62,545 bases of DNA, filler included, from 12 parts of 12 records of this genome joined end to end with filler, not necessarily neighbours in it; one strand, 5' to 3'. Shown: positions 29,120-41,893, counted from the first letter of the whole stretch. The notes: generated by a model not told the origin, from the letters alone. Made by a program: numbers and translations.

Positions 29120-31641
29120 TCAGTAGACCAGCCCTTGAAGACCTACACAGCTTGCGAGCGGGGTATACGTAGTGGTGCTAGTAATCTGCACTGAGCCCGA
29201 AAGGACGTTTGAGGGCGCCTTTGTGGGTTCATCGGGCTGCTGACCGCCCACAGACACCCGCACCGCTGCCGGCTCTATCACCCAGACCGGCGGGACAGGG
29301 GTAGCGTTGGCATACTTATGGTCTAGGTAAACGCTCTCGCTGGTGGAGGCGTTGTGCAGCACGGCCAGCTGGACTGGGCTCACTTGGCCCGGCTGGGAGT
29401 GTCACCTCGCGGGGCGAGATGCTCAGCTCGACTGTCTGCTCTTCACCAGGCCGGAGGAGCAGCTGGCCAACCACCCGGGTGAGCGACACAAGGCGCAGGC
29501 AGGGCGCCTTTTCGAAGGCAACCAGTTGTATCCTGGCAGTGGGCACCGTCACGTTGGCCCACTGCACATAGGCTTGCACCACCTCCGCTGCAGGCACACT
29601 GCCAATGTTGGCCACCTACACCCAGGCTCGGCGGACCCTCAGGCTATATCCGCACAGTCACGCTCAGATTGAGCCAGTCGCACGCGCGGATTGTGCTTGG
29701 AGCGCGCAGGTCTGAGTAGCTGAAGTTAGTGTACGAGAGTCCGAAACCGAACGGGAAGAGAGTGTTGGCAGAGGAGCCATACCTTGCCCCCCTGGCTGGC
29801 CGGTGGCGGGCGGAGCCCAGACACCTATAGGTGAGATCTGTCCCGAGCAGCTTGGCAGGCATGATTGCACAGCGGCCGGAGGTGCGTCCGGGATTATTTG
29901 GGTCAGGCACAATGCTACAGTTCCATTGCTTGGGCCAACTCATCGGGAGCCGCCCGCTCGGGACCAACCGGCCAAGCAGCGTTTCGGCGATTGCGGCCGC
30001 CCCGCCATTTTGTGGATAGTTTGCGCTGATCACCGCATTGGCCGCTTGCATCCACGGCCCGTTCTTAGGGCTTGTGGTGAAGAGCACCACCACAAACGGC
30101 TTTTTGAGCTCGACTGCCAGCTGCATCAGCGCACTCTGCTCCCCGGGAAGGCTGAGCGTGGCTCCGATCCCGTGATTCACCACCTCGCTCTCAATTTTCT
30201 CCCCAGTACCCACAAGGAACACGGCCACATCTGCCGCTTGCAGAGCCGCCCGCACCGCTCCAGCATCGACTGCAGTGCAAGCTGTGGTCGAGTTAGCGTC
30301 AACACACCCGGCCGTGCTTGTCACTAGCTGCCCACCGATCCGCTCAGCCAGCGCCTCGCCCACAGACACCCAGAGCGGGCTCCCGGGGGCCGGGTGGTAG
30401 GCGTATCTGTTGTACATCCAAGTGGCGTTGGTCATAGGCCCCACCAACGCGACCTTCGAGCGACTTGTCAGAGGGAGCAGCCCGTCGTTTCGGAGCAGCA
30501 CAAGCGACTGAGCAGCGGCCTCGTATGCCAGCTGTCGATGCGCCGGCGCCCCAACCACCCCACACCCGCCGGCCCGATCCCAGAAAGGGTTGTCGGCCGG
30601 GTCGTCGAACTCACCCAACAGAAAGCGCGGCAAGAGCGTTCTTCGGGCAGCATCATCCAGCCTATCGCTCCCAATCTCACCGTCGGCCAGCCACTTTTTG
30701 ACATCGTCAAACGAAGGGCTGCCCGATCCGAGGAATGTATCGCAGCCGGCCCCGAACGCAGCTGGGGAGTCCGGCTGGCGGACCGCGCCCTCGTCGCTGA
30801 TGAAAAAGCCGGGGAACTGGAGAGTCTGCTTGGCCAGACTGGTCAGGATCCGGTGGTTGATGCACGAGGCCGAGCCGGCGCCTCTGTCGGCGCTCGAGCC
30901 GGTGTTGCCATCGGTCGAGTACGAGCACATCAGATTGAGCGCTCCGGCCTCGATGCACCGCGCAAACCCCGGCAGGTAGGTTGAGAATAAATCATAGTCA
31001 GACGCGTGGCTCACCGCCGCTCCGTCGTACGGCACGTAGTGCTTGCACCCCCCGAACGCGCGGATGAATCTCCCGTCACCTTCGGCGTCACTGCGCATCC
31101 CGCTGATCACAGCGTGGGCAAACCGCCCGGTGAGGTATGGGTCCTCGGAATAAGCCTCCGAGTTTCGGCCCCACATTGGATCCCGGATGATGTTGATCAT
31201 CGGCGAAAAGCAGCTCAGCCCGATCCCGCGCGTCTCGTCCCCCAGCTGGGCCAGCGCGATCGCCCGCAGCTCGCGCCCGATCACCTGGCCCTTTAAAGTC
31301 TCCAGCGTGGTGTTGAAGCTGGCAGCCATCCCAGGGCTCTGCGGGAAGGCCGTCAGGTTCTCCGTAGCGCAGGTGACCCCTCGCTCCGGGCTCGGGTAGT
31401 GCCCGTTGGCGTACGCGCCCGAGTTGCACTCGACGTAGTAGATGTATGCCCGGATCCCGAGCCGCTCCACCGGGCCGGTCCTCGTCCCGAGCAGCCCGAA
31501 CTTCTCTTGGTCGGACAGGTTGTCGACCAGCCAGGCCAGCCGGTCGGCCAGCGGCAGGCTGGCGTTCCGGAAGGGCAGCAGCCCCGAGGCGGCGCCCAGC
31601 CAGAGCGAAACAAACAGTGCCCATCTCTTGAAGTCCCCCAT
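29120..31641 (-). CDS. Secreted GH3 beta-xylosidase/beta-glucosidase
   Basis: Signal peptide, FSPMINIIRDPMWGRNSEAYSEDP, CKHY, ISDEGA nucleophile, VLLRN, PSGRLP, FPFGFGLSYT. The Fn3-like tail is split by micro-introns. Confidence 0.92.
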
Positions 31642-31751
31642 TTTCGCCGCGTTTTAACGGCAGTTCTCGGCTCTGTCCCGTGGGCATGGCCTGGGGTGAG
31701 GAGGCAGCGGGTGAAAATAACAGCCCAGACATCTCCCGCACATCCGGGCCG

Positions 31752-32810
31752 ATGCGAAAGAGGGCAGCCGAAGGAGGAGCAGCAGCAGCGGAAGGAGAAC
31801 AGTGCCTCTGGCTTCCTGGCCATCCAGGAATGCGAGCTGGTGTCTGGTACGATTGTCCGTTCAGCCCTTCGCATGTCTTCCAGGACGCTCTCCCGTACAG
31901 CCGGCCTCGAGCACCGCGCTACTGCCCCGTCGATCAATCGGAGTGGGATCTGATCCAGCGGTATGGCGAGTGCCTGGCGGCGGTGGCCGAAGGAAAGAAC
32001 AAGAACCACGCACGCAAGCTGCTCGGCAGGTTGCGTCGCCAGATGCAGCCAGTGCTGGCCCGGCCCGGTGGCTGGGCTTTGGTGTACAATGCAAAGGTGG
32101 CCCAAGAGTGGGCGGCTAGTCGGAGAGAGCCTGGCCTAGCCGAGGAATATGCAGTGTGCTGCAGCGCTCACGAGAGAGCGCTCTCTGAGGGGCAAGAGCT
32201 CTCTATGTTAGACTCGATGGCTTCGCCTGTGCTGCTTCAGCTAATGAAACATGTTGTGGTCGGGTGGGGCATCACACCAGTGATCCGCCTCACCAGCAAG
32301 CGGCTTCGGAGCGCCCTGTGGCTTGCTATCGAGGAGGGCAAGCAGTGCGGGCTGGCTCCCTCTGAGCGGCTTCATGTGTCACCTCGGCTCACTGAATGTT
32401 TAGGGCCCTGCGGCGGGCTGGCTATGTTGGACCAGATGGAGGCGCGATGTCCGGGCCACGTGCAGTCCCAAAACAATGTCCAACAACACTATGTATATCA
32501 TCCAACGTATGCACCTGATTGTGCCCACCACCTGATCTTTGACTTGGGCCGTTTCTCTTGTTGCCTTCACGGCGTGGCAGTGGTTGTACGTCGGTCGCTC
32601 AGCTCCGCAACAACGGGCATAGGTCTCAACACAGTGCAAGGGGCATATGCCCGTGGTGCGTGGCAACCGATCGGTGAGCATCGGCTTAGCCGGCTCCGGG
32701 CCGATTTTAAGCTCAACTATTTGTCGGCTAAGCCTTTCGCAAAGCCTGTGGATATATTGCTCTTTGGAGATTGCTTTTTCGAGCCGCGCCAGAGCCTTGC
32801 GGTTTTGTAA
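31752..32810 (+). CDS. Hypothetical protein; the C-terminus may be a galactose-binding/discoidin-like fold
   Basis: Long open frame divergent from GH3 and followed by an AT-rich 3' region. The only family hint is HLIFDLG...LHGVAV. Confidence 0.45.
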   Translation: MRKRAAEGGAAAAEGEQCLWLPGHPGMRAGVWYDCPFSPSHVFQDALPYSRPRAPRYCPVDQSEWDLIQRYGECLAAVAEGKNKNHARKLLGRLRRQMQPVLARPGGWALVYNAKVAQEWAASRREPGLAEEYAVCCSAHERALSEGQELSMLDSMASPVLLQLMKHVVVGWGITPVIRLTSKRLRSALWLAIEEGKQCGLAPSERLHVSPRLTECLGPCGGLAMLDQMEARCPGHVQSQNNVQQHYVYHPTYAPDCAHHLIFDLGRFSCCLHGVAVVVRRSLSSATTGIGLNTVQGAYARGAWQPIGEHRLSRLRADFKLNYLSAKPFAKPVDILLFGDCFFEPRQSLAVL

Positions 32811-33113
32811 GGTTTGCCTTGAATGTGGCTTATTATTATATTATGTGGCCGTGTGTCGAAATTAAACACGGTGCTCAGAGGGGGCACCTGTTCGCAAAGC
32901 CAGGTGAGCTTAAGCCTTGGTGAGCTCTTCGTAGTTGGTGAGGTTGAGCACGCCCGGACCACTCGATAGCACCACGGCCTCGCAGGAGCACGATGCCGAG
33001 CGGCCGAGGAAGAGCAAGTTCCCCTTCGATTGTTCATCGTTCCCGCCGCACCGCGTCCGCACAAGCTCCGGAAAAATTGGACGGGACGCCTCGGGGGGGT
33101 CGGCGTGGGGCCA

Positions 33114-34822
33114 TGTCGGACGAAGCTGGCAACCATGGGGGCAATGACCCGAGCTGGGAACCGCTCGCGTTCGCCATGCCGCTCCCGCTGCCCCCGGACC
33201 TCTTCTTCGGGGCGCTGAGCTCGGCTCAACACTGGGAGGCTCTGGAGCCGGAGCCGACCCCAGGTTCCTGGCTGCTCCGGCCAAACGAGCTGCTCCCGAT
33301 GTGGGCCCAGCGGGCAGTCCCCCCGGTGCGGGCCCGGGTGAGCGCCCGGCTGGCCTTCCCGAGCTACACCACCGAGCTCCGGGTGTTGGAGCCGGCCGAG
33401 TGGGCCGGCTGGCTGTTCGAGATGAGGACCGAGATGCTCCCCCCGGGCCAGCCACCGACCTGGGGCGAGGCCGGAGCGCTGACCGTGGACGCGGCCGGCG
33501 ACTTCCCGGGCGGAGCTGGCTGGCAGCGCGCGCGTCGGCTGCCCTGGGGGGCGCCGCAGTGTGTGGTGCACAGGCGGGTGGTATTGCGCGGGGAGGGGCT
33601 CGTAGGGGTGCCGGTGTGGCTTCGGGGCACGATTCGAGCCGTGGCCAGCCAGGTGCCGCCCGGTCGGGCTGCCTGGACGGTCCGGGACAGCTCATTCGCA
33701 GAGAGATGGCCGTTCACCTCGGTCGGGATTTGATGCTCTGCGCGGCGCCCCTAGACGCGTCCCCAGAGCCCACTGGAGCCCAGAGCAGCTGGGGCTGGCC
33801 CGGGGCGATCCTCTCTGGCCTCTGGAGCAGCGGCGCTGCGAGCCATCCTGTCGGATCACCTTCACCTTCAGCTGAGCCTCGCGCGTTTGACACGCCGCCC
33901 TCGACGCCGCCAGAGGTGCCCTCCCACCCGGCGAGCCGCAGGTCGTGCAGGTGCGCGAGCTGCGCCAGGAGCTGGCCGAGACCCAGGCCGAGCTGGTCGA
34001 GACCAAGCGCCAACTGTTTGAGCTGCAGCTAGAGCTGAGGGCCGCAGGCTGGGGCCAGAGTGCACAGGCAGAGGCAGCCAGTCAGCCAGGCGAGCCCGCT
34101 GGCCAGCTCTGGCCGAATTGGGCTCGGCAGATATGGAGGGGGCGGTGCCGGCGGGGAGTGCGCTGGCTGTGATGGCGGCGTGCATGCCGTCGCATCTGCC
34201 CAAGACGGTAGGGCGGGACGGGATGTTGTGGCTGGTGCTGACGGTTGGCACACCGATGCACAAGATAAAAGCCGACGGCCGGCTGCACAGGATCGCGCTC
34301 CGGTTCACCTCGGATCTGGCTGAGATCCAGTGGCAGACGATCGGGAACTTCTACAACAGCCGGCATCGGTCGTATCCTCTCACTAAAGTTAAAAGGCTGC
34401 TGCTCGGATGTCGGCACAGCCGGTCTCGTTTCAGCCCAGTGGAGGCGAGTGCAGGGCGGTCCGGTCCGAAGTGAGGCTGTTGCAGGTGGCGAGGAGCTTC
34501 TCGGTCATGTTTGAGGACAGGTTTCTGGACCTGATTGCTCCGAACGAGGCTTCGTATGACATCTGGGTGCACGGGCTGGAGGAATTGGTCGGGGTGGCCG
34601 CAATGGAAGTTGGTGTGAGTCCCGCAGTTGAGTCAGGCTCGCCGCCGCGTAGCCCAGGCCGGGGGGGGGGTGAGGATTCCATTGCAATCCGCGATCACAG
34701 GGTCGTCTGGGTTGTTGGGGAGGAAGAAGCAAGAATCATTCTATCTTGACGCGGAAGAGGATTTCGAGTCAAGTCCATGCCAATCTGGTCATGGTGCAAG
34801 TAGGTCGTACGATGACCTCTAA
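33114..34822 (+). CDS. Multi-exon protein with short coiled coil and C-terminal PLC/Mcp5-type PH domain
   Basis: GTPMHKIK...LAEIQW...PLTKVKRLLLG|..RSFSVMFEDRFLDLIAPNEASYDIWVHGLEELV, joined by a probable GC-AG intron (gcgagt...tgcag). The N-terminal exon structure is uncertain. Confidence 0.6.
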
Positions 34823-34925
34823 TACATGTAATCAACATGTGCATAATGCTCTAATGATACTCGAAATTGAAATATTAATACCAGTGCGACTCCGCATAAT
34901 TTACACGATTTACAATAGATATCGG

Positions 34926-36162
34926 CTAAGTCTCAAGCAGCTTGGAGCAGATCGCCTCGGCCATCTTGCGGCCGCCTTCTATTGACGGCTCCACTCGCTG
35001 CACATAGTCACTCGACCTTTTGCCGTCCAGCACCTGCACCCACACAGTCAGATTGAACATCGTCAACAGCTGCCACCTCAAACAGCGGCAGCAGCAACAG
35101 CTCGCAGCCCGCCGGCATTCGGTGACGGGCGGCTCGGGCCTGCACGGCCGCAAACAGCTGGCGCATGATCAGCTGGAGCGTGCTCGGGTCTCTGTTGTAA
35201 CCCAGAGCCTCAAGTGTCTGATCGGCCCACGAGCCGCCAGGTCGCTCGTCCAGGTAATAAAGCATACACACCAGCACCTTGGCCGGCCGACGGCGGGCGC
35301 ACACCCTGTCGACGAGGGCGAGCGTGCGCTCCCAGAATAGATTCACAAAATGGCCAAACCCCGGTGCCCAGCCGGAGCGGATCAGCCAGTGCGGCGACCG
35401 GGTGAGCACGAGCATGCTCAGCGCGGTGCGGAGGCTCGGCGCGAGCGCTACGTCGTTCCCTCCCACTGAGACCACCAGGTAGTCTTTCTCGGAGATGTGG
35501 TCCCGCACGAAGCAGTCCTGGGCGAGCAGCTGGCCATGCCGGTCTGCCAGCGTAGATTCCTCGACGGCAGTCATGAGCGTGCACACCCGCCCGGGCCCCA
35601 GCCGCTCCTGGGCGGTCTTGTTCATAAAGTAGGCCACATCCATCACCATCCGTCCGGGGCTGAGCACCGCCTCGAATCCGTTGACCGCCGCTGCCGAGCT
35701 CCTGTTGGTGAGCATGGAAGCCCCCAGCTGCGGGGTGAGCCAGTGCTTGTTGTCGAGCGTCGAGTCGCCCACCATGTACACGAACCGTGCGCAGCCGGCC
35801 TCGGCCAGCCGGGCCCGGGCCTGGGCAAGCAGGGGCGGCGGGTGTCCGTGGTACTCTTTATACCAATCCATGGCCGGCACTAGGCCCGGGGCCGGGGCGC
35901 TCCAGGCCTCGAGCACCTGGGGCGTCGCGGCGCAGGTCCGGGCGGCGCCCGAGGGCAGGTGTCGCCCGAGCAGCAGGCTCTTGACTGGCGGGTCCCAGAC
36001 CAACGCGGCCCAGCCCAGCCCGGCCAACCAGCCCAGCGAGAGCAGCAGCCCGCCAGCCCAGCCCAGCCCCAACAGCGCGCTCAGCAGCACCGGGGTCGCC
36101 AGCGCAGCAACCGCCGCCCGCCCAGGCTGCCGCACCGCTGCCAGCCCGACGCGATCCAGCAT
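34926..36162 (-). CDS. Membrane-anchored SGNH/GDSL-like hydrolase
   Basis: VGDSTLDN (block I) and VSVGGNDV (block III). An intron after PLFE leads to VLDGKRSSDYVQRVEPS.EGG.KMA. N-terminal hydrophobic hairpin. Confidence 0.7.
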
Positions 36163-36219
36163 GTCTCGTGAATGCATGTCTCGTGAATAAAAAAAAATCA
36201 GTCAGTCATTGTTCGCGAG

Positions 36220-37014
36220 ATGCCGGCCGGTCTTCGGGTGGTGAGCTACAACGTGATGCGGTTCTCCAAGAGCAACCAGACCGTGCTAGCCATCTCGGCC
36301 GCGCTGGCCCAGCTCGCCCCGCAGCTGGTCTGCCTGAACGAAGTGGACCTCACCCAGCCGGAGGGCGGGCTCCAGACCCTGGCCGACCGCCTGGAGGCCT
36401 CGGTGCACTTCTTCGGGCATGTGGGCGGCCGGTACGGGAATGCGGTGCTGTCGCGGCTGCCGGTGCTCAGTGTGGAGCAGCACAGGCTAGACGGGGGGTC
36501 GGTGGTGCCGGGGAAAGCTGGGGAGCCGTATAGGATTGCCCGGGGGCTGCTGGTGCTGGAGGTGGGCCTCAGTGGCGGCGGCCGGGCGCGGGTCGGCTGC
36601 ACCCACCTGGATCACATGGCCCGAGACCAGCGCGAGGTCCAGCTGCGCCACTGCGTCAGCCTGCTTGGCCAGAGTCCGGCCGACGCTGTGCTGCTGGTCG
36701 GGGACCTCAACGCGCTCACTAGGGCTGACTACAGCCCCGAGCAGTGGGAGCGGCTCGAGCAACGGGCGGCCAGCCGAGGCTGGAGCCCACCCAGCGCGGG
36801 CGAGTTGGACATACTGATCCAGGCAGGGTACGCGGATGCGGCGGCCGAGGGGGCAAAGCTTACGGCGCATGAGTTGTACCGAATTGATTACTGCTATCAC
36901 CGGGGGGCCGGGCTGGCGGTGAAGGGGGCGACGGTGGCCCAGGACGTGAAGCTGAGTGATCACTGCCCGCTGGTCGTCGATTTCGAGGAGACAAACTTAA
37001 GATGCAATTTGTAA
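36220..37014 (+). CDS. Endonuclease/exonuclease/phosphatase (EEP) family protein
   Basis: VVSYNV, VCLNEV, YGNAVLSR, THLDH, GDLN, RIDY, SDHCP. Confidence 0.9.
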   Translation: MPAGLRVVSYNVMRFSKSNQTVLAISAALAQLAPQLVCLNEVDLTQPEGGLQTLADRLEASVHFFGHVGGRYGNAVLSRLPVLSVEQHRLDGGSVVPGKAGEPYRIARGLLVLEVGLSGGGRARVGCTHLDHMARDQREVQLRHCVSLLGQSPADAVLLVGDLNALTRADYSPEQWERLEQRAASRGWSPPSAGELDILIQAGYADAAAEGAKLTAHELYRIDYCYHRGAGLAVKGATVAQDVKLSDHCPLVVDFEETNLRCNL

Positions 37015-37572
37015 TAATTTTCGGGTCTGTGAGACTAAAGAATTTTAGTCCGCTCGTCTGACACGCTGTTGCTCGTTGGGCTAAGCTTATGCCCTGTCGC
37101 GGCTTAGATAGAAGGAGTGTCTTACTCGTACTCTCGTGTACTCGTATTGTCGTACTCGTACCTTACGTACACCCGATATACGTACATTATACCAAGGCAA
37201 GTCCGTTGCGAATCATCTGTTCCCCGGCAGTGATGAGCCGAGTGAACGTGTAGGGGCTCCGAGGAACTCAGGGCAGTTTGCGATGCCGCTCCGGCCGTGG
37301 CCGACTGTCGTGCTGGTGCTCACCGCTGCCGCCATCGCGCTGACCGTCGGGGTCACCGTGCTGGGGATCAAGCTCAAGGCCCGCAACCAGTGCGTCTCAT
37401 ACCCGGTATCCCCAGAATTGCGACGGCGCTCAAGTGCCTCGAGCAAAAGTGCCAGCTCGTCCAATGAGCGGCNNNNNNNNNNNNNNNNNNNNNNNNNNNN
37501 NNNNNNNNNNNNNNNNTTAATTAATTAANNNNNNNNNNNNNNNNNNNNNNNNNNNNNNNNNNNNNNNNNNNN

Positions 37573-38478
37573 GGGTACGACCGACCAGCCAAGGGGCTGC
37601 ACTTGGTCCCGAATTTGGCGCTCCTCAGTGAGTCCGAGGGCTTGCCGTGGGACAAGCTGCAGACGAAGCTCCAAGCCGAGTTGGCGAGGTCTTTGTTTCA
37701 TCCGAAGAGGCCTCAAACGTGGCCGAGGCTGATGGCGAGGGCCAGAAAGCCGAATCTACGGTTGCTAAAAGACCTCAAAAGGGCTGGGGTGCCGAATTGG
37801 AGCTCAAAACCTGGCACAAAGGAAGCGTTGAACGCCCTTGTAAAGAAGGAAGTGGATGAGATCATCCTGAAAACCTTCGAACCAAGTTGCAGTTCTCGGA
37901 AATCCATCGTTCTGAATTTCTATGCCGAGCACTCGGGTGATCGGTATCGAGAGAGAATGATGGATTTAGTGCCGAAGGCGGAGCACAGGCAGTGGCTCTG
38001 CGCGGCTAAATGTGGGCTTCTTAAGTGGAAGGACTATCGGCCGACTGCGGGGCAGACGGTATGCCAAACGTGCGGCACCGAAGTGCACGCGAAGCACCTG
38101 TTTTTGGAGTGTGCGGACACGGAGCGGCTTAGAAGCAGAGCAGAGCCAAACTCGAGCCTGCCGTTCACGTTTGTGCAACTCAAGCTAGCCGACCACTCGG
38201 GGCTGCTCCGGTCGCAGCCTCACAAATACCACAGGCTGCACGAGCCAAGCCAGTACCGCGGGGGTCATTTCGAGCCGAGTAACTGGTTCCAGTGCAGCTG
38301 GAGGTTTGTCGGGGGCCCAGCAGAGCTTGAGGTGGAACTGACAAACCCCAACCGAATCGACCTCGCCAACGGAAAAGACCAGCCGGCCGTGGCCAAACCG
38401 GCCGAGCAGGGACAGGGCAAGGCTGGCGGGCGCCGGGGGCGAAGTCGCCGGACTGTCGGGCCACAGGCGCGGATCTGA
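37573..38478 (+). mobile_element. Possible 3' fragment of a non-LTR retrotransposon ORF2 (zf-RVT-like CCHC)
   Basis: Basic, intronless frame entering from the contig edge with CQTCGTEVHAKHLFLEC (C-x2-C-x7-H-x4-C). No RT domain is visible. Confidence 0.45.
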
Positions 38479-38959
38479 GTGCTGTGCGAAGGTTGTGCGA
38501 GGAGCTCGAGAAGGAGGGTGAGCCTGACTTTGACGGATTATTGCGGAAGGCAATCAACTTTATCGAGAACGGTGGACGCAATGTTTGCTATTAGAGGCTC
38601 GGCAACCAGTTACCTGTACTGCGGCCGCAGAATAACGTAAGAATAACATAATTATGTCGATATGTATGTTACACACACGTTGCAACGTGCAAATTGCACA
38701 AATTTGATTCATGAAATACAAGTATTTAGTACTGAGCTCGCAATTAAGTAAGTTTACACAAATTCCCGAGGTCGTGAACATGTTGCGCAACGGAATAATT
38801 ATGCTATCTTCCGGCGTTCTCGTACAGTAATGTTCAGGACATGTTGTCTGACACCGTAAGGTGCCTCTCCATAGGATCTCGATTCCGAATGCACCGATAT
38901 GTCATCAAGCCCCCTTACTCTCGCAGCCACGTCTCTTAATCCAGCACCCCGGCTGCACT

Positions 38960-40654
38960 CTACTGCTCAATCGCATTGTACTCCTCTCGCAGCAGCTCCT
39001 CCGGGCTCTCTGGGCTCTCCGGGGCTCGTCTGTCTTCATCCCGCTCGACTGTCCGCTCCATCTCCGGCTGCCCGCCGTCTGGGATCATCTCCCCACAGGT
39101 CTGGTGCATCTTGCACTGCTGGTCCTGCTCGAGTGCTTGCTCCTTGCTAGCCACCTCGCCTTCAATCGCCGCCAGGCTCAGCGACAGCTGCATGATCAGC
39201 TCGTCTCTCTCGGCACTCACCTGCACCGCAGCCTCGGCCTCGGCCCGGCCGCCCGGCACATTCTGGTGCTGCTCGATTGCGTTGGCCTGCTCCAAGTCGG
39301 CCTGGGCTGTCTGGCCGGCCAGGCGCAGCGCTTCGAGCAAATCTTCTTGAGCAATCAGCTTCTGCTCCAGCAAGTCCACCAGCTCTAGCCGAACCTGCTC
39401 CTCCTCCACAGTCCGACGCCGGATCAGCCCGGTCGCCCGGTTCACCAGATGCCGCCCCTGCCCGGCCGGTCAGTCCCGGCCGGACCCTCGAGCTCACCTG
39501 GTTGCTCGCCTGGCGGACTTCGTTCACCAAGCCGTGCGCCTGCTGCTGGAGCTGGCGGAGCACGAGCACCTCAGTCTCCTGCTCCTCCTGCTCCATCAGC
39601 GCGTGCAACATCTCCCGCGGCCGCCCGAATCGCGACTGAGACAGCTTGAGCATCTCGAGCTGCCCCCAGTCGGCCCCGCGCGCTGCCCAGGCCGGCTAAC
39701 CAGCTCAGATAGCTGGAAGCGGCTCGCGTGCAGCTCCCGGCCCTGCTTCTGGAGCAGCCGCTGGCACTGCGCTGGGGTGAGCAACGCTCAGGCCGGGCTG
39801 GGCACCTGGTCGAGTAGCCGGCCTGAGGTATACTGGTGGTCGCGCAGGGTGAGGCACTCTTTGTTGAGCTCGCTCCGCCGGGCCTGGCCGGGAACTCCCG
39901 ATCTGAACCGGCCGGCCACCCACCGTCTGCTGCACCGCGGCGTCTACCATCTCCACCGCCTCCTCCAGCATGGCCACTGCAGTGTCCTCCTGCTGACTCT
40001 CCTCCTCCACCAGTTGCCTCAGCGCCTCGCGCTCGGCTGCCAGCTCCCGGGACCGCTCTGCACCAGTGGCTCAGCCAGGTCTGGGCTGGCCGGACCGTTC
40101 TCAATCCTCTCGTCCCTCCGCTGCTGCTGCTGCTGGCGCACGCCTTCGATGCTGCTCTGGTGGCTCAGGCTCTTTGTCCGTGAGCTGAGCAGCGCCGAAT
40201 GGTCGAGCAGAGCGCCGGCCCCGCGCTGCCAGTCAACTTCCCCGCTGGCCCGCCCGTCGGCCACCGCCCTGCTGCGCTGACGACACCTGCGGGCGGCGGC
40301 ACTGCGCCGGTGCTGCTGGGTCGACAACTCGTCTGCGGGCGTGTTAGCCTGGCCAGCGCGGCGGGAGGCACCAGAGTAGGTCGAATACCTGCCATACGCC
40401 GCTCAGCTGCCGGCTGGGCCGGGGCGGGCGCACGATTTCTTGCGGGCGGGCCTGGCTGGGCTGTCGACCTCGGTGGTGGTTGACTTGTTCCAGGGCAGGC
40501 GGGCTGTGGTCTGGTCGGCCGAGAGAAGCGGGGTGCGCATCTTGCGGCGCTGCCATTTACTGGCCACGTCGGCGACTATCCTGTCGCGGGCCACCATCGC
40601 GCTGCTGCTGCTCACTCCTGCGCCATGCAACGACACAAGGTTTCCGTTATTCAT
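38960..40654 (-). CDS. Hypothetical multi-exon coiled-coil protein
   Basis: Successive E/Q/L-rich minus-strand frames separated by gt...cag micro-introns. Ends are approximate. Confidence 0.5.
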
Positions 40655-40894
40655 GGAACAGTGCTCCACCTAGGTACAATACCGCCCGGGAGACGCGGGA
40701 GACTTGTAAAAACTCCCGCACTCCCGCACTCCCGCACTNNNNNNNNNNNNNNNNNNNNNNNNNNNNNNNNNNNNNNNNNNNNTTAATTAATTAANNNNNN
40801 NNNNNNNNNNNNNNNNNNNNNNNNNNNNNNNNNNNNNNGGACAATCATGTAGCCACTGCATGCGCAATCTTAACTATCAACAACAGCTCAACAC

Positions 40895-41893
40895 TCAACC
40901 ACCTGTGGCGGCTGTGATGCAGCTGGCCAAACTTTGGCCGATCATTGCAAACCCAGCAGGCGAAAAGTGCGGCCCTCCACACTGCGTAATGTTGCACTGC
41001 CGGTAGCCTTTCCCGCAATAGCTTTCCACGACCCGATGAAGGTCGCAAGTCCCGATCCCGGCGGGACCGACCACCCCCGCAGCGGCGCGGTTGTAGATCT
41101 CGACGTCCGCTTCGACCCGACCCGGTGCCAACGTGCAGTTGGCGCCGCCTGCAGGATTCTTCCCCGGCTGGGGCGGAGGGTCGGTCGGCACAGGAGTGGT
41201 GGTGACCCAGTGGAGCTTGGCCGTTGTCAGGTTTTTGAGCTTCGCGACAATCTGGCCGAGCAAGCGGGTGTACGTCGTCACAGCCAGGTGCTCGTTGTCC
41301 GGGTACGCCAGGTCGTGGAGCCCGAAATTAAAGCTGACGGTATCCCAACGGCGTGGGTCCTTACCCAGCCAGCCAACCAAGCAGCCGTTGCCCCAGTTGG
41401 CGTTGTCGTTGTTGCCCGGAGCGTGGACCACCTGGTAACACACTCTAAGGTTGGGCCAACTAGGGCGGCCGTTGGGGGGGTCACGGCGCGGGTGTAAGGC
41501 TGTTACAGGGGCGTGCGGTAGCTATCAGCGCTCAGCTGGGAGAGCGGCCACCTGGTACCCCGGCAGGGCCTTGGTCAGCCCGTCCAGGTATCCCAAGCTG
41601 ACTGAGTCCCCAATCACTAAGTACTGCTTGAGCCCCCGAGTTGCCGGCGGGTAGATCCCATCGAGGCAGCGCTGCTCGCCACACGCGCAGCGGCCGGTCT
41701 TGTTGAACCCCGCGTCCACTGTGCACTGGGTGCCGTTGGTCGCGCCGTCTGGTAGCACCAGGCAGCGCCAGCGGGCCGGGTCTGCCCTGTCCAGGCACTC
41801 CTGATCGTCCGCGCACCCAACGGTCTCCAGACCCCGCCCGCAGCCGCACAGCGCGGCTATCAGCGCTAGCCGCGTCAGCCAACTGCGGCCCAT
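40895..41893 (-). CDS. Secreted SGNH hydrolase with Cys-rich N-terminal module
   Basis: Signal peptide, VIGDSVSLGY, FNFGLHD, WVTTTPVP, YN, GPHFS..G. One 120-nt intron at 41432-41551. Confidence 0.85.
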
